The translations under genes and the position numbers were made by a program. Below, one piece after another: positions 28,763-38,552 of a DNA stretch of 64,000 bases. The notes under the pieces were generated by a model that was not told the origin of the DNA, did not search any database, and saw only the letters and a program-made list of their open reading frames with translations. The number at the start of each line of letters is the position of its first letter. Position 1 is the first letter of the stretch. Source of the DNA: Planctomycetota bacterium. GTDB lineage: Bacteria; Planctomycetota; UBA1135; UBA2386. Location of the stretch: the NCBI GenBank assembly GCA_947501605.1, contig CANMWZ010000004.1, positions 1-64,000 of the forward strand, in the 5' to 3' direction.

Positions 28763-31700
28763 ATGCTGCACTGTCGCCGCCGTGCCATCGGGTGTTCTGC
28801 TCCCTTCTGGCTCTCCCTTGCACTGATGTCGCAGTCCGCGCCGGAGACCATCTTCGACGGCGCGACGCTCTCAGGATGGGACGGTGACCTAGCAGTCTGG
28901 ACGGTGCGCGATGGCTGCGTGGTCGGCACCGCGGAACCAGGACTGCCGCAGCACAACACGCACCTGATTTGGCGCGGTGGGGAACTGACGGATTTTGAAC
29001 TCTCGTTCTCGGTGCGGCTCGACGGCGACAACAACAGCGGCGTGCAGTACCGCAGCCGGCGGCTCGGCGACGCGGGCTACGCGGTGGCGGGGCCCCAGTG
29101 CGACGTGCACGGCGCGCCCGGGTATCTCGGCATGCTCTATGACGAAGGCGGCCGCGGCATCACGGCAACTGCTGGCCAGAGAGTCGCCTTTGGCGCCGAT
29201 GGCACGAAGCGCATCCTGGACGAGGGTGCCACACCACGGGCGCAGGACCTGAGCCAGTGGCATGCGATCCGGATCGTTGCGCGCGGCACCACGATGCAGC
29301 ACTTTGTCGACGGCGCTCTCGCCGTCGAGGTCGTGGACGACAGTCCTTCCTGCGTGCGCAAGGGCATCCTTGCGCTGCAGGTCCACAGCGGGCCCAAGTC
29401 CGCCGTTTGGTTCAAGGAACTCAAACTGCAGCGGCTGCCGCCGGTCGAAATCGCGACGACCTCAGCAGGCTCATTGGGAGCAGTAGACCCGCTGCCGAAC
29501 TGGATCTGGGACGCGACCGCGGAAGCCGATGAGGAAGTGTTCTTCCGCCGTGTGTTCCAACTGGGGCAGCAGCCGAAGTCGGCGCTCCTGCACGTGACCT
29601 GCGACAACCACTGTCGGGTCTACGTGAACGGCGAGCGCGTGACGCAGAGCGATGCCTGGGAGTTGCCGCGCCGCGTCGATGTCCAGAAGTGGCTGCGCGC
29701 GGGCGAGAACGTTCTCGCGGTACACGCGTGGAACGACGGCGGTGCCGCCGGGATGTGTGCCCAGTTGCGTTGGCGCGGCGATGGTGGCGAAGGCGCGATT
29801 GTCACCGATGCGACGTGGAGCACTGCGGCCGACGATCCCGACGGCTGGAACAAGGGGGCATTTGCCGCCGCCTCGTGGTCTTCGGCGCACGTGGTTGCCG
29901 AACTGGGCGAGGGGCCTTGGGCTGGGGCGGTCGGCACCGAAGCGTTTGCCGCCGATGCCGATGGCGACGTGCCCCAGTCGCCGCAGCCAACCGCCGAACT
30001 CGATGCGCCGAGTGGCTGGACCAGGGAGCGTCTGTTCGCCGTGCCGCGCACGCTTGGTAGCTGGGTCTGCATGTGCATCGACGACCAGGGGCGACTCTAT
30101 GCCAGCGATCAGAACCGAGGTCTCTATCGCATCACGCCTGCCGGCGTGCTGTCGCGTACGGATACGGTTGTCGAACGCATCGAACTCGACCTCGACGGCT
30201 GCCAAGGACTCTGCTGGGCGTTCGGCGCGCTCTACGCCGTGCAGAACCACGGCAAGCCAGGTCTCTGCCGCGTGACCGATCGCAACGGCGACGACGTGCT
30301 CGACCATGTCGAGTTGCTGCGAACACTGCCCGGCGATGGCGAGCATGGCCCGCACGCGGTCGAGATCGCACCCGATGGAGAGCATCTGCTCGTGCTGTGC
30401 GGCAACCACGTACTGCCGCCTGATCTCGAGGCCAGTCGCGTGCCGCGCCCCTTCGTGGAGGACGTGCTGGTGCCAGGGATCAACGACCCCAATGGGCACG
30501 CTGTCGGCATCACCGCACCTGGCGGCTACGTCTGTCAGGTCGACAAAGACGGCAAGAACTGGGAACTGTACTGCTGCGGCTTTCGCAACGCCTATGACCT
30601 CGCGGTGTTGCCGTCGGGCGACGTAGTGACGTTCGACGCCGACATGGAATGGGACATGGGGCTGCCGTGGTATCGCCCGACGCGCATCCTGCAGGTCCTG
30701 AGTGGTGTGGACTACGGTTGGCGCACGGGCTCGCGCAAATGGGGGGCGGATGTGCCCGACTCGCTACCAGCGGTGTGCGACATTGGCCCTGCGTCGCCGA
30801 CGGGCATGGTGGCATTCGCAGACGGCGTCCTCGCACTCGACTGGACCTTCGGCACGGCCTACGGCGTGACGTTGTCGGAACGTGGCGCGATGTTGCAAGG
30901 CCGCGCACAGCCGTTCTCGAGCGGAAAACCGCTGCCCCTCACCGACGTCGTCGTCGATCGCGAGCGCGGTCGCGTCTACCTGCTCACAGGTGGCCGTGGG
31001 CTGCCCTCGAAGCTGTATCGGCTCACGAACGCGTCCGGGCTGCCCGAGCTGGTGTCGCCACCGTCGTCGCCCGCTCGCGCGCGGCGATTGGAGCTCGAGA
31101 CCTTTCACGGCCGAGCAGATGCGCGCGCGCTGGCGGTCGTGTGGCCGTTTCTCGGCAGCGACGACCTCGCTCTGCGATCGGCCGCGCGCCTCGCGGTCGA
31201 AGCGCAGCCCGTCGACACGTGGCGTGGACGGGCGCTTGCCGAGCGAGCTTCGACGTGGTCGCAGTTGACGGCGCTGGTGGCACTAGCACGTTGCGGTGGA
31301 GCCGTCGACCTCGAGTCGTTGCTCGCAGCGCTTGCGGGGATGGACTTCGCGGCAATGGACCCGCTGCAGAAAGTGGCATGGTTGCGCGCACACGAGTTGG
31401 CACTGATGCGGCTACAGCCCGTGTCGGCGGCCACGGCACTCGCCGTGGGTCAACGCCTGCTGCCGCTGTTCCCGAGTGCCAATGACCGGCTCGACCAGAT
31501 GCTGGTTGGACTGCTGGCGCATGTCGACGAACGGGGTCTGCTCGATCGCGCGGTACCGATGCTCGTTTCGATGACGCCCGCTTCACCACCGCCGTGGGCC
31601 GCGATCGCCGAGCGCAACAGCAGCTATGGTGGTGCGATTGCAAAGCTGCTTTCGGCGATGCCGCCTTCGCAGCAGATCGCCATTGCCTATGCGCTTCGGT

Positions 31701-32413
31701 CGGTCAAGGCGGGATGGACCTTCGAGCAGCGGCAGACCTACTTCCAGTTCCTTGGCGCAGCCAAGAAACAGAAAGGCGGCGCGAGCTACCTAGGGTTTCT
31801 CCAGAGGATCCTCGACGACGCCTACGCGACCTGCAGCGAGGCCGAGAAGGCGGAACTCGCCGAGGTGGTGGGGGCCGCGCGCGCCGAACAAAAGCCGTTC
31901 GTCTCGACGCCGCCGAAGGGCCCTGGTCGAAGGTGGACGCTCGAGGAAGCGATGGCGATCGCACGCGCAGAAGTGCTGAGCAAGGGCGACGTCGCGAGAG
32001 GGCGAAACCTGTTCTTCGCCACAGGCTGCGCCGGATGTCACCGCTTTGCCGGTGAAGGATCGGGCGTTGGCCCAGACCTGACGAGTCTCGGCAACAAGTT
32101 CAGCGCCGCGGATGTGCTCGAGGCGATCCTCGACCCGAGCAAAGTGGTCAGCGATCAGTTCGCGGGTGCCGTGCTCACGCGCAAGGACGGTTCGACGGTC
32201 TTCGGCCGCGTTGCGCAGCGCGGTGACGGCGCCGCGCGGGTCTACGAGGTCGTGACGGCCACCGCGGACGCGGCGGTGGTGCGGGTGCCCGGGGCAGAGG
32301 TCGCGGGCGTGGCCGCGGCGAAGTTGTCGCCGATGCCAGCGGGCCTCATCGATCGGCTCAACGAGCAAGAGTTGATCGACCTGTTGGTGTTTCTGCTGTC
32401 GCGAGGCCAGTAG
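28763..32413 (+). CDS. DUF1080 + jelly-roll + dehydrogenase-like beta-propeller + HEAT + cytochrome c (PVC-type heme-binding protein)
   Basis: DUF1080 motifs (FDG.TL.GW, NSGVQYRS, G.LALQVH); GEHGPH, GFRNAYD, DADMEWDMGLPWYRPTR; CAGCH heme motif with VGPDLT and SPMPAGL. Confidence 0.85.
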   Translation: MLHCRRRAIGCSAPFWLSLALMSQSAPETIFDGATLSGWDGDLAVWTVRDGCVVGTAEPGLPQHNTHLIWRGGELTDFELSFSVRLDGDNNSGVQYRSRRLGDAGYAVAGPQCDVHGAPGYLGMLYDEGGRGITATAGQRVAFGADGTKRILDEGATPRAQDLSQWHAIRIVARGTTMQHFVDGALAVEVVDDSPSCVRKGILALQVHSGPKSAVWFKELKLQRLPPVEIATTSAGSLGAVDPLPNWIWDATAEADEEVFFRRVFQLGQQPKSALLHVTCDNHCRVYVNGERVTQSDAWELPRRVDVQKWLRAGENVLAVHAWNDGGAAGMCAQLRWRGDGGEGAIVTDATWSTAADDPDGWNKGAFAAASWSSAHVVAELGEGPWAGAVGTEAFAADADGDVPQSPQPTAELDAPSGWTRERLFAVPRTLGSWVCMCIDDQGRLYASDQNRGLYRITPAGVLSRTDTVVERIELDLDGCQGLCWAFGALYAVQNHGKPGLCRVTDRNGDDVLDHVELLRTLPGDGEHGPHAVEIAPDGEHLLVLCGNHVLPPDLEASRVPRPFVEDVLVPGINDPNGHAVGITAPGGYVCQVDKDGKNWELYCCGFRNAYDLAVLPSGDVVTFDADMEWDMGLPWYRPTRILQVLSGVDYGWRTGSRKWGADVPDSLPAVCDIGPASPTGMVAFADGVLALDWTFGTAYGVTLSERGAMLQGRAQPFSSGKPLPLTDVVVDRERGRVYLLTGGRGLPSKLYRLTNASGLPELVSPPSSPARARRLELETFHGRADARALAVVWPFLGSDDLALRSAARLAVEAQPVDTWRGRALAERASTWSQLTALVALARCGGAVDLESLLAALAGMDFAAMDPLQKVAWLRAHELALMRLQPVSAATALAVGQRLLPLFPSANDRLDQMLVGLLAHVDERGLLDRAVPMLVSMTPASPPPWAAIAERNSSYGGAIAKLLSAMPPSQQIAIAYALRSVKAGWTFEQRQTYFQFLGAAKKQKGGASYLGFLQRILDDAYATCSEAEKAELAEVVGAARAEQKPFVSTPPKGPGRRWTLEEAMAIARAEVLSKGDVARGRNLFFATGCAGCHRFAGEGSGVGPDLTSLGNKFSAADVLEAILDPSKVVSDQFAGAVLTRKDGSTVFGRVAQRGDGAARVYEVVTATADAAVVRVPGAEVAGVAAAKLSPMPAGLIDRLNEQELIDLLVFLLSRGQ

Positions 32414-32436
32414 GCGCGCGCCGAGGCTCGCGTGGC

Positions 32437-35157
32437 TCAGTGCGCCAAGAGCCAGTTGTGGCCAATGCCGATCGCGACCTCCAGCGGAACCCGCAGCTGT
32501 GCTGCGTTGGTCATTGCGTCGCGCACGAGAATCTTCACCTCGACGAGTTCGACCTCGGGCACATCAAGCACCAGCTCGTCGTGCACCTGCAGCAGCAATC
32601 GCGCCCGCAGCGATCGCTGCGCCAGTTGGTCGTGCAAGGTGAGCATCGCGCGCTTCACGATGTCGGCCGCCGCGCCTTGGATCGGCGTGTTGACGGCCAT
32701 GTTCTCCGCGGCGATGCGTTGGCCGGCGTTGGTCGAATCGATCTCCGGCAGCGGCCGCCGCCGCCCGAACATCGTCCAGACCTCTTTCTGGGTCCGCGCC
32801 TGTTCGAGACTGCCGTCGAGGTAGCGCTTCACTCCAGGCAGGGCGCGGAAGTAATTGTCGATGAACTTGCGTGCCTCGGGGGGACGCATCCCGGTCTCGC
32901 TGGCGAGGCGGCTGGCGCCCATGCCGTACATCAAGCCGTAGTTGATGATCTTTGCCTGGTTGCGCAGTTCGGGTGTGACCATGTCAGGCAGCAACCCATG
33001 GACCAGCGAGGCCGTTCGCGCGTGGATGTCCTCACCCTTTTGAAACGACTCGACCAGTGCCTTGTCGTTCGATAGATGCGCGAGGATCCGTAGCTCGATC
33101 TGGCTGTAGTCGGCGGACAGCAAGACCCAGTCATGGTCGCGCGCCACGAACGCGGCGCGGACCTTGCGACCTTCCTCGGTGCGGATCGGGATGTTCTGCA
33201 GGTTTGGGTTGTCGCTCGACAAGCGTCCCGTTGCTGCCACCGCCTGATTGAACGTCGTGTGCACCCGACCGGTCGAGGGATCGGCCATCGTCGGCAGACT
33301 GTCGACGTAGGTGCCCTTCAGCTTGGTCAGTTGCCGCCACTCGAGGAGCAGCGCCGGTACCTCGTGGTGTGGCGCCAGCTTCTCCAGCACTTCATGGTCG
33401 GTCTTGTACTGTCCCGTCGGCGTGCGGCGCGGTTTCGGCATCTCGGCGGCACGGTGTACTTCGAGATCCTCGAACAGGACCTTGCCGACCTGCTGTGGGG
33501 AACCGAGGTTGAACGTCTGCCCGGCGCGCTGGAACACGCGCGCTTCGAGTTCGGCGATGCGCTTCTCCATCTCGCGCGCGACCAGCGCAAGGTGTGCAAT
33601 GTCGAGGCGGATGCCCTCGCGCTCCATGTCGAGCAGCACGGGCACGAGCGGCAGCTCCAGCGAACGGAACAGGGCGCCGACCTTGGCCTTCTCGAGTTCG
33701 GGCTCGAGGATGGCGCGAAGGCGCAGGGCGCAGTCCGCGTCCTCGCCGACAAAGGCCGCGACGGCGCCGGGATCGATCTGGTCAAAGGTCTTCTGCTTCT
33801 TGCCGCTGCCGAGGACGTCCTTGCGCGGTGTCTTCTTGAAACCGAGTCGGCGCAGCGTCTGGCTGTCGAGGTCATGATCGCCGAGGCCCGGTTCGAGGCA
33901 GTAGCTCGCGAGCAGCGTATCGAAGGTGAAGCCTTTGCCGTGGATTCCCGCGCGGTGGAGAGCGCCTAGCTCGCGCTTGCTGTCGCCAGTGACCTTCTGC
34001 AGCGACGGGTCTTCGAGCAAGGGGCGCAAGCGCGAGAGAACGGCATCGCGGCCACCGGCCAAGAGCGGCGGATTCTGGTCCAGTGCGATGTAGCGGCTCT
34101 TGCCGGGCTCGGTACTAAAGGCGAGGCCAGAGAGACGACCCTTGTGCGGGGAACTACCGAAGGACTCGGTTGCGACGGCGAAGCTGCCGCGCTCGCGCAG
34201 CGCACTGAGCAGCTCGTCGAGCTCCGCCGCCGTCGCGACGATGCGGTAGTCCTTCTGGACGTCATCCGGGCGGGGTGCCTGCACGATGGTCGCCAGCAGC
34301 GAGCCGAAATCGAGGCGCAGGAACAGCGCACGGAGCTTGTCGGGATCCGGCGCTGCAGGGCCGATGGCCTGTGCCGTGATCGGGAGCGCGACGTCAGTCT
34401 TCAGGGTCACGAGGCGCTGGCTCAGAAGCGCCAGATCCTTGTTGGCCTCCAATGAGGCACGGATCGCAGGCTTGGTCACTTCGGCCGTCCGCGCGAGCAG
34501 TTGTTCGAGGGAGCCGAACTGCTGCATCAGCGCGACCGCAGTCTTCTCGCCGATCTTCGGCACGCCGGGGACGTTGTCACTGCTGTCGCCCATGAGCGCC
34601 AGGAGGTCGATCATCGCGGTGGGCTTCACGCCCCATTGGGCCTCGGCCTCGGCAGGTCCAAGAATCTCGGGCTTGGCCGTCGAGCTGCGCAGGTTCCACA
34701 GCTTGATGCGGTCGTCGACGATCTGGAGGAAGTCCTTGTCGCCCGTGACGATGTAGACCTCCATGCCGGCGTCGCGACCCTGGACGGCGAGTGTGCCGAT
34801 CACGTCATCGGCTTCATCGCGCACGGCTTCGACCACTGTGACGCCATAGGCCTCGACGACGGCGCGGATGTCGTCGAGTTGCAGCGCCATTTCCTCGGGC
34901 ATCTTCTCGCGCGTCGATTTGTACTCGGGGTAGATCGCGGTGCGGTGAAGGTCCTGCCGCGGCCCGTCGAACGAAATCGCGATGGCATCGGGCTGCTCGC
35001 GCGAAAGCAGCGAGCGCAGGGTCTGGATGAAGCCGAAGGTCGCCCCCGTGGGGTGGCCCGATTTGGTGGTGAGCTGCGTGCGCGGGCTGTTGGCGAATGC
35101 GAAGAAGCTGCGGTACGCGAGTGCCGTGCCATCGATCAAGAAGAGCCGCTTGCCCAT
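32437..35157 (-). CDS. polA: DNA polymerase I
   Basis: LIDGTALAYRSFFA, EADDVIGTL, GDSSDNVPGV, TGRLSSDNPNLQNIP, DYSQIELR, NYGLMYG, NTPIQG, QVHDEL. Confidence 0.97.
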   Translation of the reverse strand: MGKRLFLIDGTALAYRSFFAFANSPRTQLTTKSGHPTGATFGFIQTLRSLLSREQPDAIAISFDGPRQDLHRTAIYPEYKSTREKMPEEMALQLDDIRAVVEAYGVTVVEAVRDEADDVIGTLAVQGRDAGMEVYIVTGDKDFLQIVDDRIKLWNLRSSTAKPEILGPAEAEAQWGVKPTAMIDLLALMGDSSDNVPGVPKIGEKTAVALMQQFGSLEQLLARTAEVTKPAIRASLEANKDLALLSQRLVTLKTDVALPITAQAIGPAAPDPDKLRALFLRLDFGSLLATIVQAPRPDDVQKDYRIVATAAELDELLSALRERGSFAVATESFGSSPHKGRLSGLAFSTEPGKSRYIALDQNPPLLAGGRDAVLSRLRPLLEDPSLQKVTGDSKRELGALHRAGIHGKGFTFDTLLASYCLEPGLGDHDLDSQTLRRLGFKKTPRKDVLGSGKKQKTFDQIDPGAVAAFVGEDADCALRLRAILEPELEKAKVGALFRSLELPLVPVLLDMEREGIRLDIAHLALVAREMEKRIAELEARVFQRAGQTFNLGSPQQVGKVLFEDLEVHRAAEMPKPRRTPTGQYKTDHEVLEKLAPHHEVPALLLEWRQLTKLKGTYVDSLPTMADPSTGRVHTTFNQAVAATGRLSSDNPNLQNIPIRTEEGRKVRAAFVARDHDWVLLSADYSQIELRILAHLSNDKALVESFQKGEDIHARTASLVHGLLPDMVTPELRNQAKIINYGLMYGMGASRLASETGMRPPEARKFIDNYFRALPGVKRYLDGSLEQARTQKEVWTMFGRRRPLPEIDSTNAGQRIAAENMAVNTPIQGAAADIVKRAMLTLHDQLAQRSLRARLLLQVHDELVLDVPEVELVEVKILVRDAMTNAAQLRVPLEVAIGIGHNWLLAH

Positions 35158-35349
35158 GCGGTCGTTGTAGCGGCGTCGTCTTGGGACTGCGAACGCGGCG
35201 TTGACATGGGCGCCGCTCGCGGGCGACCGATCGGGTGGCGCAGTGGGGCGCGGTCGTGTCGGATTAGGGTTTGGATCCTCCGTGCGGCATGCCGAGAATC
35301 CTCCATCCGATCGCATGCCAGGCTCTGGCTGCGGCTCGCAGATACGCCG

Positions 35350-38067
35350 ATGCAAGCCAGCCTGAAGTCGACCATCGCGGGGATCTTCTTCCTCGCCCTC
35401 TCGGTCATCCTGTTCGAGATCGCGCTCACCCGCGTGTTCGCGATCATGATGTGGCACCACTTCACCTACATGGTGATCTCGATCGGGCTGCTGGGGTTCG
35501 GGGCCTCGGGGAGTCTGCTCACGGCGCAGCGCGCCAGCGAGAAGAAGAACGACCCGAGCAAGGCGTTGGCTTGGTGCAGCTTCGGCTACGGCGCGAGTGT
35601 GATCCTAGCGTTCATGGTGGCGACGCGCATCCAGCCGGACAGCCTCGCGATCTGGCAGGACAAGTCGAACTTCTTGTTGCTGTCGCTGATCTACCTGGTG
35701 ATCGGCGTTCCGTTCCTGCTCGGCGGCTATGGCATCGGCCTCGCGCTCACTCGCTTCGTCAAGAACGTCAACACGCTGTACTTCAGCGACCTCGTCGGCT
35801 CGGCGCTCGGTGCCGGCATCGCGGCGCTCGCGCTCAAGAGCTACGGGAGCACGGCGTCAGTAGTGCTTGCCGGGTCCTTTGGCCTCTTGGCCGCCGCGTG
35901 CTTTGGCATGGGCAATCGCCGCCTGCGCTTGCTGTCGGTGGCGAGTCTGCTGTTGGGGATTGGCCTCGCGGTGGCGTTCTGTTCTGGAGCGGTCACGTGG
36001 CGCGTGCCATTTGCTCCCGGCAAGGAAGCCGCTGTGGTGGAACAACTCGGGTTGCCCATCGAGCGCATCTTCAGTGGCACCGCCGAGGTGGAAGTCGCGC
36101 CCAACGTGACGGGACCGCCCGCGTTCGGTGGGGACAACGGCATGGTGGACAACATCGACGTCGAGCAGCGAACGGCTGGCCAGGACGGCACCGCGCCGAC
36201 GACGATGTACAAGGGTGCAAGCCAACTGGAGCGCTTTCCCTTTCTCGACGACACGTCGGCCGCGACGGCCTATGTCGCGCACCGTGCTGGCGGCCGCAAA
36301 GACCTCGGCGTCATGGTCATCGGCGTCGGCGGTGGTGTCGATGTGATGGTGGCTCTGGCCAATGGTGCCGGCAACGTCACTGCGGTCGAGCTCAACTCAG
36401 CGATGATCGAGATGGTGACGCAGCGGCACGCGGAGTACCTCGGCCACCTGTTCACGAGAGGATCCAGTGCGGTCGCGGACCGGATCGAGCTCGTCAACAG
36501 CGAAGGGCGCGCGTTCCTGCGCACGCATGACGCCAAGTACGACGTGATCCAGATGAGCGGCGTCGACTCATACACGGCACTGAGCACCGGTGCCTACACA
36601 CTGTCGGAGAGCTATCTCTACACGACCGGTGCGGTACGCGACTTCTTCGGACACCTGACGGAGAACGGCATCGTCAACTACTCGCGGTTCGTCGAGAACC
36701 TGCCGACGCAGCCGCGGGAGACGCTGCGGCTCGCGAACATCGCCGTCTCCGCTCTGCGTGAACTCGGTGTCCCCGACGCGGAGTCGCACGTCGCTGTGTT
36801 CCAGGGCCAGGTGTGGGCGTCGACCATGGTCAAGCGCTCGCCGTTCCAGAAGGAAGAGCTCGCCGCGCTGCGCGCATTCGCGGAAAGAGAGGGCTTCGTT
36901 GGCCTGATCTTCGACCCGCTCCGCGACCGCTCGCAAGCGTTCGAGGTCGAGCCACAGATGTTTGCGGCAATGCGGGAGACCTTTTGGAACGCCGCCAAGC
37001 AAGGCCAGTTCGGCTATGGCGACGACCCGCTGCAAGCGGTTCGCGACTTGTTCGCGGCGGCGGCGATGGTTGCCAAGGGCGCGGAGCCGGCATCGGAGTT
37101 GTTGCCAGCGGCGATGCTGCCAGAGAAGCGCGAACTCGCAGCGACGTTCTTGCGCGAGCAGCAGCGGGCGATCAAGGCGCAGGCGGCCTATGCAATCGAC
37201 ACTCGCACGACGTTTCAGCGCACTCTCGATCCGGATGCCGAGGCCCGGCGCGCGTTCGTCGATGCCTACGACTACCAGATCGCACCGTCGACGGATGACG
37301 CCCCCTTCTTCTTCAACTACTACAAGTACGCCAACCTGTTCACCGGCAGCCGCGTCAGCGATCCGAGTCTGTTCCGCTACCACACGGACTTCCCGGTCGG
37401 CCACCTCATCCTGCTGGCATCGGTGTTGCAGATCGTGCTGCTCGCGGCGACGTTGATCTTCCTGCCACTCCGCAAGCTCGGCCGTTCGGGGGTGCGGACG
37501 CCGGGACTGTGGCGCTACTTCGGCTACTTCGCCGCGCTCGGCGTGGGCTTCATGTTCTTGGAGATCACGCTGATGCAGAAGCTCGTGATCTTCCTCGGGC
37601 ACCCTACGTATGCGCTGACGGTTGTGCTGGCCAGCCTGCTCGGGGCGGCGGGAACCGGGTCCTTGTTGGCGGGGCGAGTCCGCGAAGTGACACAGCGCCA
37701 TGTGCACGTGCTCGCGATCGCGATCGTCGTCGTGATCCTGCTCGACCTCGCAGCCGTCAACTTGCTGTTGCCGCTGCTACTTGGTCTGCCGCTCGAGGCG
37801 CGCATGGCGACGGTGGTGGCGCTGTTGATCCCGACCGGACTGCTGCTCGGGATGCCGTTCCCGACCGGCATGCGGATCATCGAACGACAGTGTCCGCACC
37901 TCTTGCCATGGGGCTGGGCAGTCAACGCGTTCTGTTCGGTCTTCGCCTCGATCTTCTGCATCGTGCTCAGCATGGGCATCGGCTTCACCAACGTCCTGCT
38001 GCTGTCGGCCGTGATCTACGGTGTCGGTCTGTCGTGCCTGCGGGTCCAGCCGCGAGCGGCGGGCTGA
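35350..38067 (+). CDS. Multi-TM membrane protein fused to spermidine-synthase-like SAM-binding domain
   Basis: N- and C-terminal TM bundles; VIGVGGG.D, TAVELN, EGR.FL, YDVIQMS.VD, ESYLYT, STDD.PFF, GMPFP.G, WAVNA..SV. Confidence 0.85.
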   Translation: MQASLKSTIAGIFFLALSVILFEIALTRVFAIMMWHHFTYMVISIGLLGFGASGSLLTAQRASEKKNDPSKALAWCSFGYGASVILAFMVATRIQPDSLAIWQDKSNFLLLSLIYLVIGVPFLLGGYGIGLALTRFVKNVNTLYFSDLVGSALGAGIAALALKSYGSTASVVLAGSFGLLAAACFGMGNRRLRLLSVASLLLGIGLAVAFCSGAVTWRVPFAPGKEAAVVEQLGLPIERIFSGTAEVEVAPNVTGPPAFGGDNGMVDNIDVEQRTAGQDGTAPTTMYKGASQLERFPFLDDTSAATAYVAHRAGGRKDLGVMVIGVGGGVDVMVALANGAGNVTAVELNSAMIEMVTQRHAEYLGHLFTRGSSAVADRIELVNSEGRAFLRTHDAKYDVIQMSGVDSYTALSTGAYTLSESYLYTTGAVRDFFGHLTENGIVNYSRFVENLPTQPRETLRLANIAVSALRELGVPDAESHVAVFQGQVWASTMVKRSPFQKEELAALRAFAEREGFVGLIFDPLRDRSQAFEVEPQMFAAMRETFWNAAKQGQFGYGDDPLQAVRDLFAAAAMVAKGAEPASELLPAAMLPEKRELAATFLREQQRAIKAQAAYAIDTRTTFQRTLDPDAEARRAFVDAYDYQIAPSTDDAPFFFNYYKYANLFTGSRVSDPSLFRYHTDFPVGHLILLASVLQIVLLAATLIFLPLRKLGRSGVRTPGLWRYFGYFAALGVGFMFLEITLMQKLVIFLGHPTYALTVVLASLLGAAGTGSLLAGRVREVTQRHVHVLAIAIVVVILLDLAAVNLLLPLLLGLPLEARMATVVALLIPTGLLLGMPFPTGMRIIERQCPHLLPWGWAVNAFCSVFASIFCIVLSMGIGFTNVLLLSAVIYGVGLSCLRVQPRAAG

Positions 38068-38075
38068 AAACGACA

Positions 38076-38108
38076 CCGCCGCGCTGACGCAGGGCGGCAG
38101 CGCGGCGG
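38076..38108. terminator. Hairpin between convergent genes
   Basis: CCGCCGCGCTG-11 nt-CAGCGCGGCGG, perfect 11-bp stem. Confidence 0.6.
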
Positions 38109-38163
38109 CGGCGTTCGGGTGATCAAGCGATCCGGTTCTGCAAGCAGCACGGACCGCGAGAAA

Positions 38164-38424
38164 TCACTTCGCGGGCATGGAGCCCGTGACCTTCGACTTC
38201 TTGTCGCCGGCCGGCATCCCGTCGAACTTCGTCATGCAGTTCTTGCAGCAGAAGCCGACAGTCTGGCCGTCGAACGTCGTCGTCGGGCAGTCGCTCGTGA
38301 GCGCCTCGCCCGAGACGGGGCACTTGGCGTTCATGGCCTTGCTGTTGGTCGTGGTGCTCGTGCTGCTGCACGAAGCGAAAAAGAACAAGGACGCGATGAC
38401 AACACTGGTGCGGATGAGCTTCAT
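38164..38424 (-). CDS. Small lipoprotein with YHS/TRASH-like metal-binding motif
   Basis: Lipobox FASC; NAKCPVSGE ... VGFCCKNC. Confidence 0.75.
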   Translation of the reverse strand: MKLIRTSVVIASLFFFASCSSTSTTTNSKAMNAKCPVSGEALTSDCPTTTFDGQTVGFCCKNCMTKFDGMPAGDKKSKVTGSMPAK

Positions 38425-38552
38425 GTATGGATTCCTCGGCTGCTGATGCTGGCCCACGACAATGCTGGTGTCCAGCGCGGCGGGCGCAGAAGTGCGCGTT
38501 GGTCGTGCCCAATCCCCGGGCTTCAGAGTCCCCAGTGGGTCGGTCGAGCGGT

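Noticed and set aside
35158..35170. Leaderless-type -10 elements close to starts of polA, the 28661 gene and the dedA gene
   Set aside because: Matches (TACAAC, GATACT, TAGCAC) deviate from TANNNT; not distinguishable from chance
34501..35349. N-terminal 283 aa of the 1188-aa ORF
   Set aside because: Overlaps polA antisense; the real start is probably ATG 35350
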